DNA from: an uncultured Actinomycetes bacterium
GTDB lineage: Bacteria; Actinomycetota; UBA4738; HRBIN12
Length of the DNA: 64,000 nt
Reading direction: 5' to 3'
Assembly: GCA_963704725.1 (NCBI GenBank)
Contig: OY969934.1
Coordinates: 1,184,001 to 1,248,000 of the forward strand
Shown here: positions 9,386-19,985 of the stretch, piece by piece
Numbering within the stretch: the stretch's first letter is position 1
Layout: every line of letters begins with the position of its first letter
The notes under the pieces: generated by a model
Told to the model about the DNA's origin: nothing
Databases searched by the model: none
Seen by the model: the letters and a program-made list of their open reading frames with translations, nothing else
Position numbers and translations under genes: made by a program

Positions 9386-9458
9386 GTTCACGCTTCGCCG
9401 CTCGTTCACGCCGCGTTCACACGCGGGACCGCTCTCGTTTACGGGGGCTGACTAGCGT
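9386..9458 (+). promoter_or_regulatory. PHO-box-like direct repeats and -10 element of the pstS promoter
   Basis: GTTCAC at 9404 and 9415 (11-bp period), GTTTAC at 9437 (+22), an extra GTTCAC at 9386 and TAGCGT at 9453; matches the actinobacterial PhoP GTTCA 11-nt repeat unit. Confidence 0.75.
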
Positions 9459-9506
9459 GCCCGCCCGGGAGCAGGCCCGACCGGCCGGCGAGTCAAGGAG
9501 GGCTAC

Positions 9507-10634
9507 ATGGGGAAGCGTAGGACGTGGGCCGTCGTGGCTCTGATCGCCACGCTGGCGATCGTCGCGGCGGCGTGCTCGAGCGACGACGACGGCAACAGCG
9601 GATCGAGCGGGACGACCAGCACCACCACCGGGGGAGCCGCGTTCACCGGGACCTCGCTGACCGGTGCCGGGGCGACGTTCCCCGACCCGATCTACGAGGT
9701 CTGGTTCCAGCAGTTCCGGGACGTCGAGTCCGACGCGAAGATCAACTACCAGGCCATCGGCTCGGGCGGCGGCATCGAGCAGTTCACGCAGCAGACGGTG
9801 GACTTCGGCGCCTCGGACGCCCCGCTGCAGGACGACGAGATCGCTGCGCTTCCGACGGACTACATCGAGCTCCCGACGGTGCTCGGCGGCGTGGTGTTCG
9901 CCTACAACGTGTCCGGTTTGGACAGCGGGCTCAAGCTCGACGGAACAACCGGCGCGGACATCTTCCTCGGCAAGATCACGACGTGGAACGATCCGGCGAT
10001 CGCGGCGTTGAACCCGGATCTCGACCTTCCCGACACCCCGATCTCGGTCGTGCACCGCGCCGACGAGTCCGGCACCACGTTCGTGTTCACGTCCTGGCTC
10101 GCCTCGCAGAGCCCCGAATGGGAGACCCAGGTCGGCGCCGACAAGGACGTCAACTGGCCGGTGGGAACCGGCGGCGACGGCAACGACGGGGTCGCGGCCG
10201 GCATCCAGCAGACGGACGGCGCGATCGGCTATCTTTCGTTCGACTTCGCCGTGACCGGGAACCTCGGCATCGCCGATGTCGCGAGGGAGGACGGGACGTA
10301 CGTGACGCCGTCGCTGGATTCGATCAGCGCCGCCGGCGGCGCGCTGAGCCTTCCGATCGCACCCGACACCAACGTCCTGAACTCCCCCGCAGACGGGGCC
10401 TATCCCATCGCGAGCACGACCTACCTGCTGCTCTACAAGGACTTGGCCGACCACGACAAGGCCCAGACCGTCTTCGACTTCGTGACATGGGCGCTGACGG
10501 CCGGGCAGGCGAGCACCGCGCAGGTCAACTACTCACCGCTGCCGACGGAGGTCGCCCAGCAGGCGCTCGACGCCTTGGCCGAGATGACGTCCGGCGGCCA
10601 GGCCCTGACGGCGTCGCCGGGCGTCTCCGGCTAG
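9507..10634 (+). CDS. pstS: Phosphate ABC transporter substrate-binding lipoprotein
   Basis: Lipobox AAAC, GAGATFP, YQAIGSGGG, DFGASD, HRADESGTT, YPIAS; SD AAGGAGG. Confidence 0.95.
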   Translation: MGKRRTWAVVALIATLAIVAAACSSDDDGNSGSSGTTSTTTGGAAFTGTSLTGAGATFPDPIYEVWFQQFRDVESDAKINYQAIGSGGGIEQFTQQTVDFGASDAPLQDDEIAALPTDYIELPTVLGGVVFAYNVSGLDSGLKLDGTTGADIFLGKITTWNDPAIAALNPDLDLPDTPISVVHRADESGTTFVFTSWLASQSPEWETQVGADKDVNWPVGTGGDGNDGVAAGIQQTDGAIGYLSFDFAVTGNLGIADVAREDGTYVTPSLDSISAAGGALSLPIAPDTNVLNSPADGAYPIASTTYLLLYKDLADHDKAQTVFDFVTWALTAGQASTAQVNYSPLPTEVAQQALDALAEMTSGGQALTASPGVSG

Positions 10635-10636
10635 GC

Positions 10637-11662
10637 TTGACGACGATCGACACGACCACGGGACCGGGAGCGGCGCGCTCGCGCCGCTCCCGGCTCGTGG
10701 ATCGCGCGTTCGGGGGGAGCACCTGGCTGATCTCGCTGCTTCTGATCGGCCTGCTCGTCGCGCTCCTGGTCGTTCTCTTGGACGGCTCGTGGCGGGTGTT
10801 CTCGAGGTTCGGGTTCGGGTTCTTCACCGGAACGACCTGGGATCCCGTCCCCGGGCGTGAGAAGTTCGGGGCGCTCCCGTTCGTGTTCGGGACGCTCGTC
10901 ACGTCGGCGGTCGCGATCGTGATCGCCGTGCCGGTCTCCGTCGGCGTCGCGATCCTCTTGAACGAAGTGCGCCGCTCGATCGCGAACCCGCTCGCGATCT
11001 TCGTCGACATCCTGGCCGCGATCCCGAGCGTGGTGTACGGACTCTGGGGGCTCTACGTGCTCAAGCCCTTCTTCGATGACCACGTCGAGCCGTTCCTGAT
11101 CTCCTCCGTCGGCAGGGTGCCGCTGCTCGGTGCGCTGTTCCACGGCAAGGCCCAGGGTCCGGACATGTTCACGGCCGGTGTGATCCTCGCGATCATGATC
11201 CTGCCGATCGTCACGGCGGTGACCCGTGAGGTCATCGCCGTCGTCCCGCGCGACCTCCGAGAGGCAGCCCTCGCCCTCGGCTCCACCCGCTGGGAGGCCA
11301 CACGGTTGGCCGTTCTGCCGTACGCGCGGAGTGGCGTCGTCGGTGCCACGATGCTCGGATTGGGTCGAGCGTTGGGGGAGACGATCGCCGTCACCATGGT
11401 GATCGGGAACACCACGCAGATCAAAGCGTCGCTGATGGATCCGGCCGCCACCATCCCGTCCAAGATCGCGGCCGCGTTCCGAGAGGCGAGCAGTGTCGGG
11501 CTTCACCATTCTGCGTTGCTGGGCCTCGCGGTCACCCTCGTCGTCATGGCGTTCATCCTGGCGCTGCTCTCGCGGCTTCTGGTTCGTCGCACCAGCGGCC
11601 TGGTGGGGGGTCCGACGGCGGAGGAGGCGGCCTCCGAAGCCGCATGGAGGATCAGCGGATGA
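10637..11662 (+). CDS. pstC: Phosphate ABC transporter permease
   Basis: FGALPFVFGTLVTS, LAAIPSVVYGLWG, EAALALGSTRWE, GRALGETIAV; TTG start inferred. Confidence 0.93.
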   Translation: MTTIDTTTGPGAARSRRSRLVDRAFGGSTWLISLLLIGLLVALLVVLLDGSWRVFSRFGFGFFTGTTWDPVPGREKFGALPFVFGTLVTSAVAIVIAVPVSVGVAILLNEVRRSIANPLAIFVDILAAIPSVVYGLWGLYVLKPFFDDHVEPFLISSVGRVPLLGALFHGKAQGPDMFTAGVILAIMILPIVTAVTREVIAVVPRDLREAALALGSTRWEATRLAVLPYARSGVVGATMLGLGRALGETIAVTMVIGNTTQIKASLMDPAATIPSKIAAAFREASSVGLHHSALLGLAVTLVVMAFILALLSRLLVRRTSGLVGGPTAEEAASEAAWRISG

Positions 11663-12531
11663 GCGCCGTCGCTTCGGTGTCGCTCGGACGAGTCGTCGGT
11701 GCCCGACGTGTCAAGAACTCCCTGTTCACCGCGTTCCTGTGGGGGTGCGGCGTTCTCGCACTGGTCCCGCTGATCGTGATCGCGACCTACGTGGCCTCGA
11801 AGGGCTATCAGGTGATCGGGGTGAACTTCTTCACGAAGGAGCCCGATGCCATCAATCCACCCGCGGGCGGCATCGTCCAGTCGTTCATCGGAACCGGCGT
11901 CATCGTGGGGATCGCGACGGCGATCGCGGTGCCGATCGGCGCGATGACCGGCGTGTATCTCGCCGAGTACGGGCGGGGGCGATTCGCGAGCGCGGTTCGC
12001 CTCGTCGCAGAGGTTCTGCTCTCCACCCCATCCATCGTGGCGGGCGCGTTCATCTGGGCGACGGTCGTCGTTGCGTTGGGCAACTTCTCCGCGCTGGCCG
12101 GAGGATTGTCCCTGGTCGTGCTGATGTGGCCGATCGTCGCGCGAGCCATGGAGGAGGTGCTTCGTCTCGTTCCGCAAGAGCTGCGCGAGGGCGCGCTCGC
12201 GCTGGGCCTGCCACGCTGGCGGATGATCGTTCGGGTGGTGATCCCCACCGCAGGCGCCGGGCTGCTCACCGCCATCATGCTGGCGATCGCGCGGGCTCTC
12301 GGTGAGACGGCGCCCATCCTCCTCACGGCCCTCGGCAACGACTTCATGAACGTCGACGTCTTCCAGCCGACGGACGCCGTGCCGTTGCGGATCTTCTCCG
12401 ACGCCCGGACGCCCGTCGAGGCACTGCACCAGTTCGCATGGGGAGGGGCGCTGGTCCTTCTCGTGGTCGTATTGTTCCTGTCCATCGGCGCCCGGGTGCT
12501 GGCCACCCGCCAACAGAAGAGGATCGCGTGA
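11659..12531 (+). CDS. pstA: Phosphate ABC transporter permease
   Basis: [31 protein letters not shown]; ATGA overlap with pstC. Confidence 0.93.
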   Translation: MSAVASVSLGRVVGARRVKNSLFTAFLWGCGVLALVPLIVIATYVASKGYQVIGVNFFTKEPDAINPPAGGIVQSFIGTGVIVGIATAIAVPIGAMTGVYLAEYGRGRFASAVRLVAEVLLSTPSIVAGAFIWATVVVALGNFSALAGGLSLVVLMWPIVARAMEEVLRLVPQELREGALALGLPRWRMIVRVVIPTAGAGLLTAIMLAIARALGETAPILLTALGNDFMNVDVFQPTDAVPLRIFSDARTPVEALHQFAWGGALVLLVVVLFLSIGARVLATRQQKRIA

Positions 12532-13286
12532 GCAAGATGGAGGTCAGCGGCCTGGACGCCTGGTTCGGCTCCATGCACGTCCTGAAGGGCATCAACGTCA
12601 AGACCGAGCCGGGCGAGGTGACCGCGATCATCGGTCCCTCCGGCTGCGGGAAGTCGACGCTGATCCGGTGCCTGAACCGGATGCACGAGGAGGTGCGGGG
12701 AGCCAGCGTGAAGGGCAAGGTGCTGTTCGACGGCATGGACATCTACGCTCCCGACGTGGACCCCGTGGCCGTCCGCCGGAGGATCGGCATGGTGTTCCAG
12801 CGGCCGAACCCGTTCCCCACGATGAGCATCCTCGACAACACGCTCGCCGGGCTCCGCCTCGCCGGCGACCGCATGAACCGCGACGAGCAGATGCGGCACG
12901 CGGAGCAGGCGCTGTCCGCCGCCGGACTGTGGAACGAGGTCAAGGACCGTCTCCAGGAGCCGGGCGGAAAGCTGTCCGGCGGCCAGCAGCAGCGGCTGTG
13001 CATCGCGCGAGCGCTGGCCGTCGAGCCCGACGTGCTGCTCATGGACGAGCCTGCGTCGGCGCTGGACCCGGCCTCGACGCTGCGGATCGAGGAGCTGGTG
13101 GGCGAGCTCAAGAGCTCGTACACGGTCATCATCGTGACGCACAACATGCAGCAGGCGGCGCGTGTCTCCGACTGGACCTTGTTCATGCTGTACGGGGAAG
13201 TGGTGGAGTTCGGCCCGACGGAACGGATCTTCACCTCTCCCGAGGACAAGCGGACCGAGGATTACGTGACCGGGAGGTTCGGCTGA
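12528..13286 (+). CDS. pstB: Phosphate ABC transporter ATPase
   Basis: [58 protein letters not shown]. Confidence 0.96.
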   Translation: MSKMEVSGLDAWFGSMHVLKGINVKTEPGEVTAIIGPSGCGKSTLIRCLNRMHEEVRGASVKGKVLFDGMDIYAPDVDPVAVRRRIGMVFQRPNPFPTMSILDNTLAGLRLAGDRMNRDEQMRHAEQALSAAGLWNEVKDRLQEPGGKLSGGQQQRLCIARALAVEPDVLLMDEPASALDPASTLRIEELVGELKSSYTVIIVTHNMQQAARVSDWTLFMLYGEVVEFGPTERIFTSPEDKRTEDYVTGRFG

Positions 13287-13984
13287 TGGCCGACACGCGC
13301 CGACGATTCCACGACGAGCTCGCCGACATGGAGCTCCGCCTGCTCACGCTGGGCGAGCTCGCTGGGGACGCCGTCCGCAGGTCCGTGGAGGGTGTCGAGC
13401 AGCACTCCGACGAGATCGCGGAGGCGGTCATCGCCGGGGACGACGAGGTCGACCGGGTCTACATCGAGCTGGATCAGGGGATGATCTCCCTGATCGCCCT
13501 GCAGACGCCGGTCGCCGCCGATCTCCGCCTGGTGTCCGTGATCCTGCACTCGGCCCTGCACCTGGAGCGGATCGGGGATCAGGCGGTGAACGTCGCGAAG
13601 ACCTATCTGTTGACCAGGGATCTGCCGGCGAGCGCCCCCATCGTCCAGGTGATCGGCGAGATGGGTCGCCTCGTCGTCGAGATGGTCCGCACCGCGATGG
13701 AGTCGCTCCGCCAACGCGATCGGGACCTGTGCCTCAAGCTCCCGGAGATGGACGACCCCGTCGACCGGCTGAACCGGAACATGCACTTCGAGGTGGCCAA
13801 GCTCGCCGGGGACCCGCAGGCGCTCGAGTGGGGGATGCACATGAACCTGGCGGCTCGCGCGCTGGAGCGCGTGGGCGACAACGCCGTGGACATCGGGGAG
13901 CAGGTCTCGTATCTGCTGACAGGGGAGTTCCGTGAGTTCACCGACGCATCCCATCCCGGCGACGTCGTTGCCGACACCGACTGA
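13286..13984 (+). CDS. phoU: Phosphate signalling protein PhoU
   Basis: QTPVAADLR, LERIGDQAVNVA, MDDPVDRL, LERVGDNAVDIGE. Confidence 0.94.
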   Translation: MADTRRRFHDELADMELRLLTLGELAGDAVRRSVEGVEQHSDEIAEAVIAGDDEVDRVYIELDQGMISLIALQTPVAADLRLVSVILHSALHLERIGDQAVNVAKTYLLTRDLPASAPIVQVIGEMGRLVVEMVRTAMESLRQRDRDLCLKLPEMDDPVDRLNRNMHFEVAKLAGDPQALEWGMHMNLAARALERVGDNAVDIGEQVSYLLTGEFREFTDASHPGDVVADTD

Positions 13985-14672
13985 CGGCACGCGGATCCTC
14001 GTCGTCGAGGACGAGGAGTCCCTGGCCGACTCGGTCCGGTACAACCTGGAGCGTGAGGGATACGGCGTCAGCGTGGCCGTCGACGGGCGGCGCGCCCTCG
14101 AGCGATTCCGTGTGGAACGACCATCGCTCGTGATCCTCGATCTCATGCTGCCCGAGGTCTCGGGCCTCGACGTGTGCCGCACCATCCGGGCCGAGTCCGA
14201 CGTCCCCATCATCATGGTGACCGCGAAGGACTCGGAGGCCGACAAGGTGACGGGACTCGAGCTCGGAGCCGACGATTACGTCACCAAGCCGTTCTCGATG
14301 CGCGAGCTGGTCTCGCGCGTGCGCGCCAACCTGCGCAGGATCCGGCCGGCATCGGTCCCCGAGACGGTCGAGGAGATCCTCGCCGGCGGGCCGGTGCGGA
14401 TGGACGTCGCCCGGCACGAGGTCGCCGTGCGGGGCGACTCGGTCTCGCTTCCCCCCAAGGAGTTCGAGCTCCTCGAGACCTTCCTCCGTCGGAAGGGGCG
14501 CCTCCTGACCCGCGACTTCCTTATCGAGGAGGTCTGGGGCGCCGACTACTTCGGAGACACGCGCACCCTCGATGTACACGTGAAGCGGTTGCGCCGCAAG
14601 CTCGAGACGGACCCGCATCATCCCGACCACTTGCAGACGGTGCGAGGCCTCGGCTACAAGTTCGTCGAATAG
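13968..14672 (+). CDS. regX3: OmpR-family response regulator (RegX3/PhoP-like)
   Basis: ILVVEDEES, LDLMLP, MVTAKDSEADKVTGLELGADDYVTKPFS, VWGADYFGDTRTLDVHVKRLR. Confidence 0.85.
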   Translation: MPTPTDGTRILVVEDEESLADSVRYNLEREGYGVSVAVDGRRALERFRVERPSLVILDLMLPEVSGLDVCRTIRAESDVPIIMVTAKDSEADKVTGLELGADDYVTKPFSMRELVSRVRANLRRIRPASVPETVEEILAGGPVRMDVARHEVAVRGDSVSLPPKEFELLETFLRRKGRLLTRDFLIEEVWGADYFGDTRTLDVHVKRLRRKLETDPHHPDHLQTVRGLGYKFVE

Positions 14673-14740
14673 CGGGACTTTCGTCCGCGCTCCGCCCCCC
14701 GGCCAGGTGATATATCAGCCACGCAACGGGGGGTATCCGC

Positions 14741-15367
14741 ATGCCGATGCCGAGGTTCCGTCTCGTCCCGCGCGACGAGAGTTTCTTCAAGTTGTTCGTC
14801 CGCCAGGCGGAGAACGTGGAGGTTGCCGCGCAGGCCCTCTTCGAGCTGATCTCCGAGTACCACGGCGTGAAGTCCAAGGCGGCTCACCTCGGGAAGCTCG
14901 AGCACGAGGGCGACGAGATCACGCACGAGATCATGCGCCGGCTCAACACCGTCTTCGTGACCCCCCTCGACCACGAGGACATCCATCATCTGACGTCCAC
15001 GCTGGACGACGTCCTCGATCACATGGAGGCCGCCGCCGACCTGTTCGTGCTTCACAAGATCGACCACCCGCTGCCCGAGATGAAGGCGCAAGCCGACGTT
15101 CTGGTCCGGGCTACCAAGACGATCCGCGAGGCGCTCGAGCAGCTGCCGCGCTACAAGGAGCTGCCGCCGTACTGGATCGAGGTGGACCGTCTCGAGAACG
15201 AGGGAGACCGCGTCTACCGCCAGGCGCTCGCCGACCTGTTCGGCGGCGACTACAAGGCGATGGACGTCCTCAAATGGCGGGACATCCTCGACGAGCTCGA
15301 GGCGGCGATCGACCGGGCGGAGGACCTGTCCGACATCCTCGAGGGCATCGCCTTGAAGCAGGCCTGA
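14741..15367 (+). CDS. DUF47 family PhoU-like Pit accessory protein
   Basis: LEHEGDEITHEI, FVTPLDHEDI, LENEGD; directly upstream of pit. Confidence 0.9.
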   Translation: MPMPRFRLVPRDESFFKLFVRQAENVEVAAQALFELISEYHGVKSKAAHLGKLEHEGDEITHEIMRRLNTVFVTPLDHEDIHHLTSTLDDVLDHMEAAADLFVLHKIDHPLPEMKAQADVLVRATKTIREALEQLPRYKELPPYWIEVDRLENEGDRVYRQALADLFGGDYKAMDVLKWRDILDELEAAIDRAEDLSDILEGIALKQA

Positions 15368-16363
15368 ATGCCGCTCTGGCTCGTCCTGATCCTCGCCTAC
15401 TCCTTCGAGTTCGCGAACGGGTGGACCGATGCGCCCAACTCCATCGCGACCGTGGTCTCGACCCGGGTGCTTCGCCCCTTCCAAGCCGTCCTCATGGCCG
15501 GGGCGCTCAACCTCACCGGCGCGCTGATCGGCACCGAGGTCGCCAAGACGATCGCGAACGGGATCGTCGACCCGAGGTTCGTGACCCTCACCACGATCGG
15601 GGCCGCCGTCCTCGCCGCGACGATCTGGGCGCTCGGAGCGCAGTTCTACGGGTTGCCTTCGAGCGAGTCGCATGCGCTCGTCGCGGCCCTCCTCGGGGCA
15701 GGGTTCGCCGCCGGTGGGCTCGACGCGCTCCGCTGGTCGGGGACGAGCAAGTCCCTGAGCGGACTGCTCATCTCGCCGATCGGTGGGTTCCTCGCCGGGT
15801 TGATCCTGATGGTCCTGATCTACCGACTGTTCGCCCGGGCGCGGGCATCGACCGTCCGGCGGTTCTTCGGCAAGGCGCAGATCGGGTCGGCGGCCTTCAT
15901 GGCGCTCAGCCACGGGCTGAACGACGCTCAGAAGACCATGGGCGTCATCACGCTGGCCGTGCTGCTGAGCGACGCCGGCACCGGGAACAAGGTGCCCGAG
16001 GAGTTCGGCATCCCGATCTGGGTGATCGTCTCCGCCGCGCTCGTCATCGGTTTCGGGACGATGGTCGGAGGCTGGAGGGTCATCCGGACGATGGGATTGC
16101 GCCTGACCAAGCTGGAGCCCGTGAACGGGTTCGCCGCCGAGACCGGCGCGGCGCTGGTGATCACGGGCGCCGCCTCGTTGGGCATCCCCATCTCGACGAC
16201 CCACGCCATCGGGACCGCCATCATGGGGGTGGGGGCCACGAAGCGCCTGTCGGCGGTCCGGTGGGGGGTGGCCGGGCAGGTGGTGGGCGCCTGGATCCTC
16301 ACCTGGCCCTCGTGCATGATCCTCGGATACCTGCTGGGCAAGGGTCTCGGGACGCTGTTCTGA
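15368..16363 (+). CDS. pit: Inorganic phosphate transporter (PiT family)
   Basis: NGWTDAPNSIATVVSTR, GLPSSESHAL, SHGLNDAQKTMG, PISTTH, AWILTWP. Confidence 0.92.
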   Translation: MPLWLVLILAYSFEFANGWTDAPNSIATVVSTRVLRPFQAVLMAGALNLTGALIGTEVAKTIANGIVDPRFVTLTTIGAAVLAATIWALGAQFYGLPSSESHALVAALLGAGFAAGGLDALRWSGTSKSLSGLLISPIGGFLAGLILMVLIYRLFARARASTVRRFFGKAQIGSAAFMALSHGLNDAQKTMGVITLAVLLSDAGTGNKVPEEFGIPIWVIVSAALVIGFGTMVGGWRVIRTMGLRLTKLEPVNGFAAETGAALVITGAASLGIPISTTHAIGTAIMGVGATKRLSAVRWGVAGQVVGAWILTWPSCMILGYLLGKGLGTLF

Positions 16364-16437
16364 TGTGAACAACCGTCTGCAAGCCGTCCAACCCTTGTCC
16401 CGCCTCGCGCTTGCGGTTTAGCATCGATGCCCTTCCC

Positions 16438-18504
16438 ATGGATGCCCGCGAACCCCTTCCCGACGACCCCGACCTCCGGTACCTCAACCGGGAGCTGTCC
16501 TGGCTGGAGTTCAATGCGCGGGTCCTGGCGATCGCCGAGGACGCCTCCCTCCCGCTGCTCGAGCGAGTCAAGTTCGTTGCCATCTTCAGTAACAACCTCG
16601 ACGAGTTCTTCCAGGTCCGGGTGGCGGGCATCCAGGAGCAGGTCGAGGCGGGCGTGACGAAGCGCTCGCCCGACGGCCGAACCCCCGCCGAGCAGCTCGA
16701 GGGGATCCGGTCTCGCACCCAGGAGCTCACCGCGCACGCCGCCGACCTGTTCATGTCGGAGCTGGCGCCGGCGCTCGAGAAGGAGCGGATCCGCATCGTG
16801 CGGTCGGTCGACGGCCTCGCGCCGGCCGACGTCGCGTACCTGGAGGGCGAGTTCGCGGAGCGCATCTTCCCGGTCCTCACGCCGCTGTCGGTGGACCCGG
16901 CGCACCCGTTCCCGTACATCTCGGACCTGTCGCTCAACCTCGCGGCGATCGTGCGCGACCCCATGACCGGCGGCCGGCGATTCGCCCGCGTGAAGGTGCC
17001 GCCGCTGCTGCCGCGGTTCGTGGCGCTGCCGGACGGCGAGCGGTTCGTGCCGCTCGAGGTCGTGATCGCGGCGTACCTGGATCGCCTGTTCCCGGGGATG
17101 GAGATCGCGACCCACCACGTCTTCCGCGTGACCCGGGACGCCGACGTCGAGGTGGAGGAGGACGAGGCCGGGGACCTGCTCGAGCAGATCCAGAGCGTCC
17201 TCCGCCGGCGTCGCCGGGGCGCCAGCTCGGTGCGCCTCGAGGTCGACGAGACGATGACGCCCGAGGTGCTCTCCCTGCTCCGGCGCGAGTTGGATCTGGA
17301 GGAGACCGAGGTGTTCCAGACCATCGGTCTGCTGGATCTGACGGCGTTGTGGTTCTTCGCCGGCCTGGACCGGCCCGAGCTCAAGCTCGATCCGTGGGTG
17401 CCGGTGACGCAGCCGCGTCTCACCAACGGCGGGTCGCCGGACCTGTTCCGCGTGCTCCGCAGCGGGGACGTCCTCGTCCACCACCCGTACGACTCCTTCT
17501 CCTCCTCGGTCGAGGCGTTCGTCGAGCAGGCGGCGCACGACCCGGACGTGCTCGCGATCAAGCAGACGATGTACCGGACCTCGGGCGAGGAGAGCCCGAT
17601 CATCCGCTCGCTGATCCGGGCCGCGGAGCTCGGCAAGCAGGTCGTGGCGCTCGTCGAGCTGAAGGCCCGGTTCGACGAGGAGGCCAACATCACGTACGCG
17701 CTCGAGCTCGAGCAGGCCGGCGTGCACGTGGTCTACGGCGTCGTCGGCCTGAAGACCCACGCCAAGATCTCGCTCGTCGTCCGGCGCGAGCAGGGTGGCG
17801 TGCGCCGGTACGCCCACGTGGGGACGGGCAACTACAACCCCGTCACGGCCAGGCTGTACGAGGACATCGGGCTGCTCACCGCCGACCCGGACGTCGGCGC
17901 CGACCTCACGGACCTGTTCAACCTCCTGACCGGCTACAGCCGGCAGCGCGAGTACCGCAAGCTGCTCGTCGCGCCGCACTACCTGCGCCCGCGGCTGCTC
18001 GACCTGATCCGCCGGCAGGCCCGGGAGGGCGGCCGGATCGTGATGAAGATGAACTCCCTGGTCGACCCCGACATGGTGGACGCGCTCTACGAGGCGTCCC
18101 AGGCCGGCGCCGAGGTGCATCTGTTCATCCGGGGGATCTGCTGCCTGCGCCCCCAGGTCCCCGGGCTGTCCGACAACATCCGCGCGCGTTCCGTCGTCGG
18201 CCGGTATCTGGAGCACTCCCGGATCTTCCGGTTCGGCGAGCGCGACGAGGCGCAGTACTACATCGGCTCCGCGGACCTGATGCAGCGCAACCTCGACCGC
18301 CGCGTGGAGGCGGTCGTCCCGGTGACCGATCCCGCCCTCACGGCGAGGCTGGACGAGATCCTCGCCGTTGATCTCGAGGACGACACGCTCGCCTGGGCCC
18401 TCGGCGCGGACGGGTCCTGGACGAAGGTGCCGACGGAACGGGGCTCGAACACCCACCTGCGCCTGCAGGAGCTGGCGGTCGAGCGGGCCCACGCGGTGCG
18501 ATGA
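16438..18504 (+). CDS. ppk1: Polyphosphate kinase 1
   Basis: NRELSWLEFNARVL, NLDEFFQVRVA, HPFPYIS, HHPYDSF, ELKARFDE, KTHAK, GTGNYN, GRYLEHSR, SADLMQRNLDRRVE. Confidence 0.97.
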   Translation: MDAREPLPDDPDLRYLNRELSWLEFNARVLAIAEDASLPLLERVKFVAIFSNNLDEFFQVRVAGIQEQVEAGVTKRSPDGRTPAEQLEGIRSRTQELTAHAADLFMSELAPALEKERIRIVRSVDGLAPADVAYLEGEFAERIFPVLTPLSVDPAHPFPYISDLSLNLAAIVRDPMTGGRRFARVKVPPLLPRFVALPDGERFVPLEVVIAAYLDRLFPGMEIATHHVFRVTRDADVEVEEDEAGDLLEQIQSVLRRRRRGASSVRLEVDETMTPEVLSLLRRELDLEETEVFQTIGLLDLTALWFFAGLDRPELKLDPWVPVTQPRLTNGGSPDLFRVLRSGDVLVHHPYDSFSSSVEAFVEQAAHDPDVLAIKQTMYRTSGEESPIIRSLIRAAELGKQVVALVELKARFDEEANITYALELEQAGVHVVYGVVGLKTHAKISLVVRREQGGVRRYAHVGTGNYNPVTARLYEDIGLLTADPDVGADLTDLFNLLTGYSRQREYRKLLVAPHYLRPRLLDLIRRQAREGGRIVMKMNSLVDPDMVDALYEASQAGAEVHLFIRGICCLRPQVPGLSDNIRARSVVGRYLEHSRIFRFGERDEAQYYIGSADLMQRNLDRRVEAVVPVTDPALTARLDEILAVDLEDDTLAWALGADGSWTKVPTERGSNTHLRLQELAVERAHAVR

Positions 18505-19985
18505 CCCTCGAGCGCGAGAGCAAGCTCCAAGCGCCCCCCGCCTTCCGGCTGCCCGACCTGGGGGGTGACGGACTCGTCGTGGCCGAGCGGGAGCCCCGGC
18601 GGATGGTGACCGTCTATCTGGACACCCCGGACCTGCGGATCGCGCGGTGGGGATGCAGCCTGCGGCACCGCGGGGGTGAGGGGTGGACGGTGAAGCTCCC
18701 GCCGGTCGAGGAGGGCGCCCTGTTCGTGCGGGCCGAGCACGTCTTCCCGGGCGAGGACCCCCGGAAGCTCCCGGTCGCCGCGGCCGACCTGCTGCGCGCG
18801 TACGTTCGGGGCGGCGACCTCGCCCCGGTCGTCCGGCTCCAGACCCTTCGGCGCGGCGTCGAGGTGCTCGACGAGCTCCGCCGGCCGCTCGCGACCGTCA
18901 CGGACGACGAGGTGTCGGTCATGGACGGACGACGGGTCGCCACGCGGTTCCGGGAGATCGAGGTCGAGCTCGACCCCGGCGCCCCGGCCGACGTCGCCGA
19001 CGCCCTGCTCTCGCGCCTGCGGGAGGCGGGAGCGGGCGCCGTGGACAACGTCCCCAAGCTCGTGCGGGCGCTCGGCGCGCGGGCCTCGGCCCCGCCCGAG
19101 CTCGCCGTTCCCGAGGTCGATGCGGATTCCACGGTCGGCGACGTCGTGCGGCGGGCCGTCTCGGCGTCCGTGGTCCGGCTGCTCCGGCACGACGCCGGCG
19201 TCCGCCTCGGCGAGGACCCCGAGGCGGTGCACCAGGCGCGCGTGGCCACCCGGCGGATCCGATCGGACCTGCGGGCGTTCCGCGACGTCGTCGAGCCGTC
19301 CTGGTCGATCCCGCTCCGGGAGGAGCTCCGGTGGCTGGGCGGCGAGCTCGGCGCCGTGCGCGACGCGGAGGTCCTGCGGGACCGGCTCCGCGGCCGCGAG
19401 GAGCGGCTGGCGCCCGTCGATCGCCGCGGCGCCGAGCGGCTCCTGGCCGGGCTGGACGCGCGACGGGACGAGGCTCGCGAGCACCTCCTGGCCTCGATGC
19501 GCGAGCCGCGATACGTGGCCCTCCTCGACGCGCTCGTCGAGGCGGCCGCCCGGCCGGCGATCCCCGAGGAGCTGGCGGCCGCGCCGGCGGCGACCGCCCT
19601 GCGGCCCACGCTCGAGGGTCCCTGGAAGCACCTCGAGACGGCGATCGGCCGTGTTCGGGAGGATCCGTCGGACGAGGCCCTGCACGCGGCGAGGATCCGG
19701 GCCAAGCGGGTCCGGTACGCGTCGGAGGCCGTCGCGCCCGTGTTCGGGAAGCGGGCCAGGGCGTTCGCCGAGTCGGCCGTGGGGTTGCAGGACGTGCTTG
19801 GCGAGCACCAGGACGCCGTCGTCGCCGCGGCGTGGCTCCGGGAGGCGGCGAAGCGATCGGCCGCGCTGGCGTTCGTGGCCGGCCAGCTCGTCGCGATCGA
19901 AGCCGACGCCGCCCGCGCCTCGCGTGCGGCGTGGCCGGGCGCGTGGAAGTCCGTGTCCCGCAAGAAGATCCGCTTCTGGTCGTGA
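18501..19985 (+). CDS. CYTH + CHAD domain polyphosphate-binding protein
   Basis: N-terminal ERESK and YLDTPDLR (CYTH); VHQARVATRRIRS, LHAARIRAKRVRY and LQDVLGEHQD (CHAD). Confidence 0.92.
   Translation: MTLERESKLQAPPAFRLPDLGGDGLVVAEREPRRMVTVYLDTPDLRIARWGCSLRHRGGEGWTVKLPPVEEGALFVRAEHVFPGEDPRKLPVAAADLLRAYVRGGDLAPVVRLQTLRRGVEVLDELRRPLATVTDDEVSVMDGRRVATRFREIEVELDPGAPADVADALLSRLREAGAGAVDNVPKLVRALGARASAPPELAVPEVDADSTVGDVVRRAVSASVVRLLRHDAGVRLGEDPEAVHQARVATRRIRSDLRAFRDVVEPSWSIPLREELRWLGGELGAVRDAEVLRDRLRGREERLAPVDRRGAERLLAGLDARRDEAREHLLASMREPRYVALLDALVEAAARPAIPEELAAAPAATALRPTLEGPWKHLETAIGRVREDPSDEALHAARIRAKRVRYASEAVAPVFGKRARAFAESAVGLQDVLGEHQDAVVAAAWLREAAKRSAALAFVAGQLVAIEADAARASRAAWPGAWKSVSRKKIRFWS

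Noticed and set aside
2232-9451. Long Arg/Pro/Gly-rich alternative-frame ORFs (e.g. 2232-4964, 6815-9451; also 33354-36128 and the 5' part of 33764-36820)
   Set aside because: They have no family motifs and overlap well-supported genes; these are high-GC shadow ORFs.
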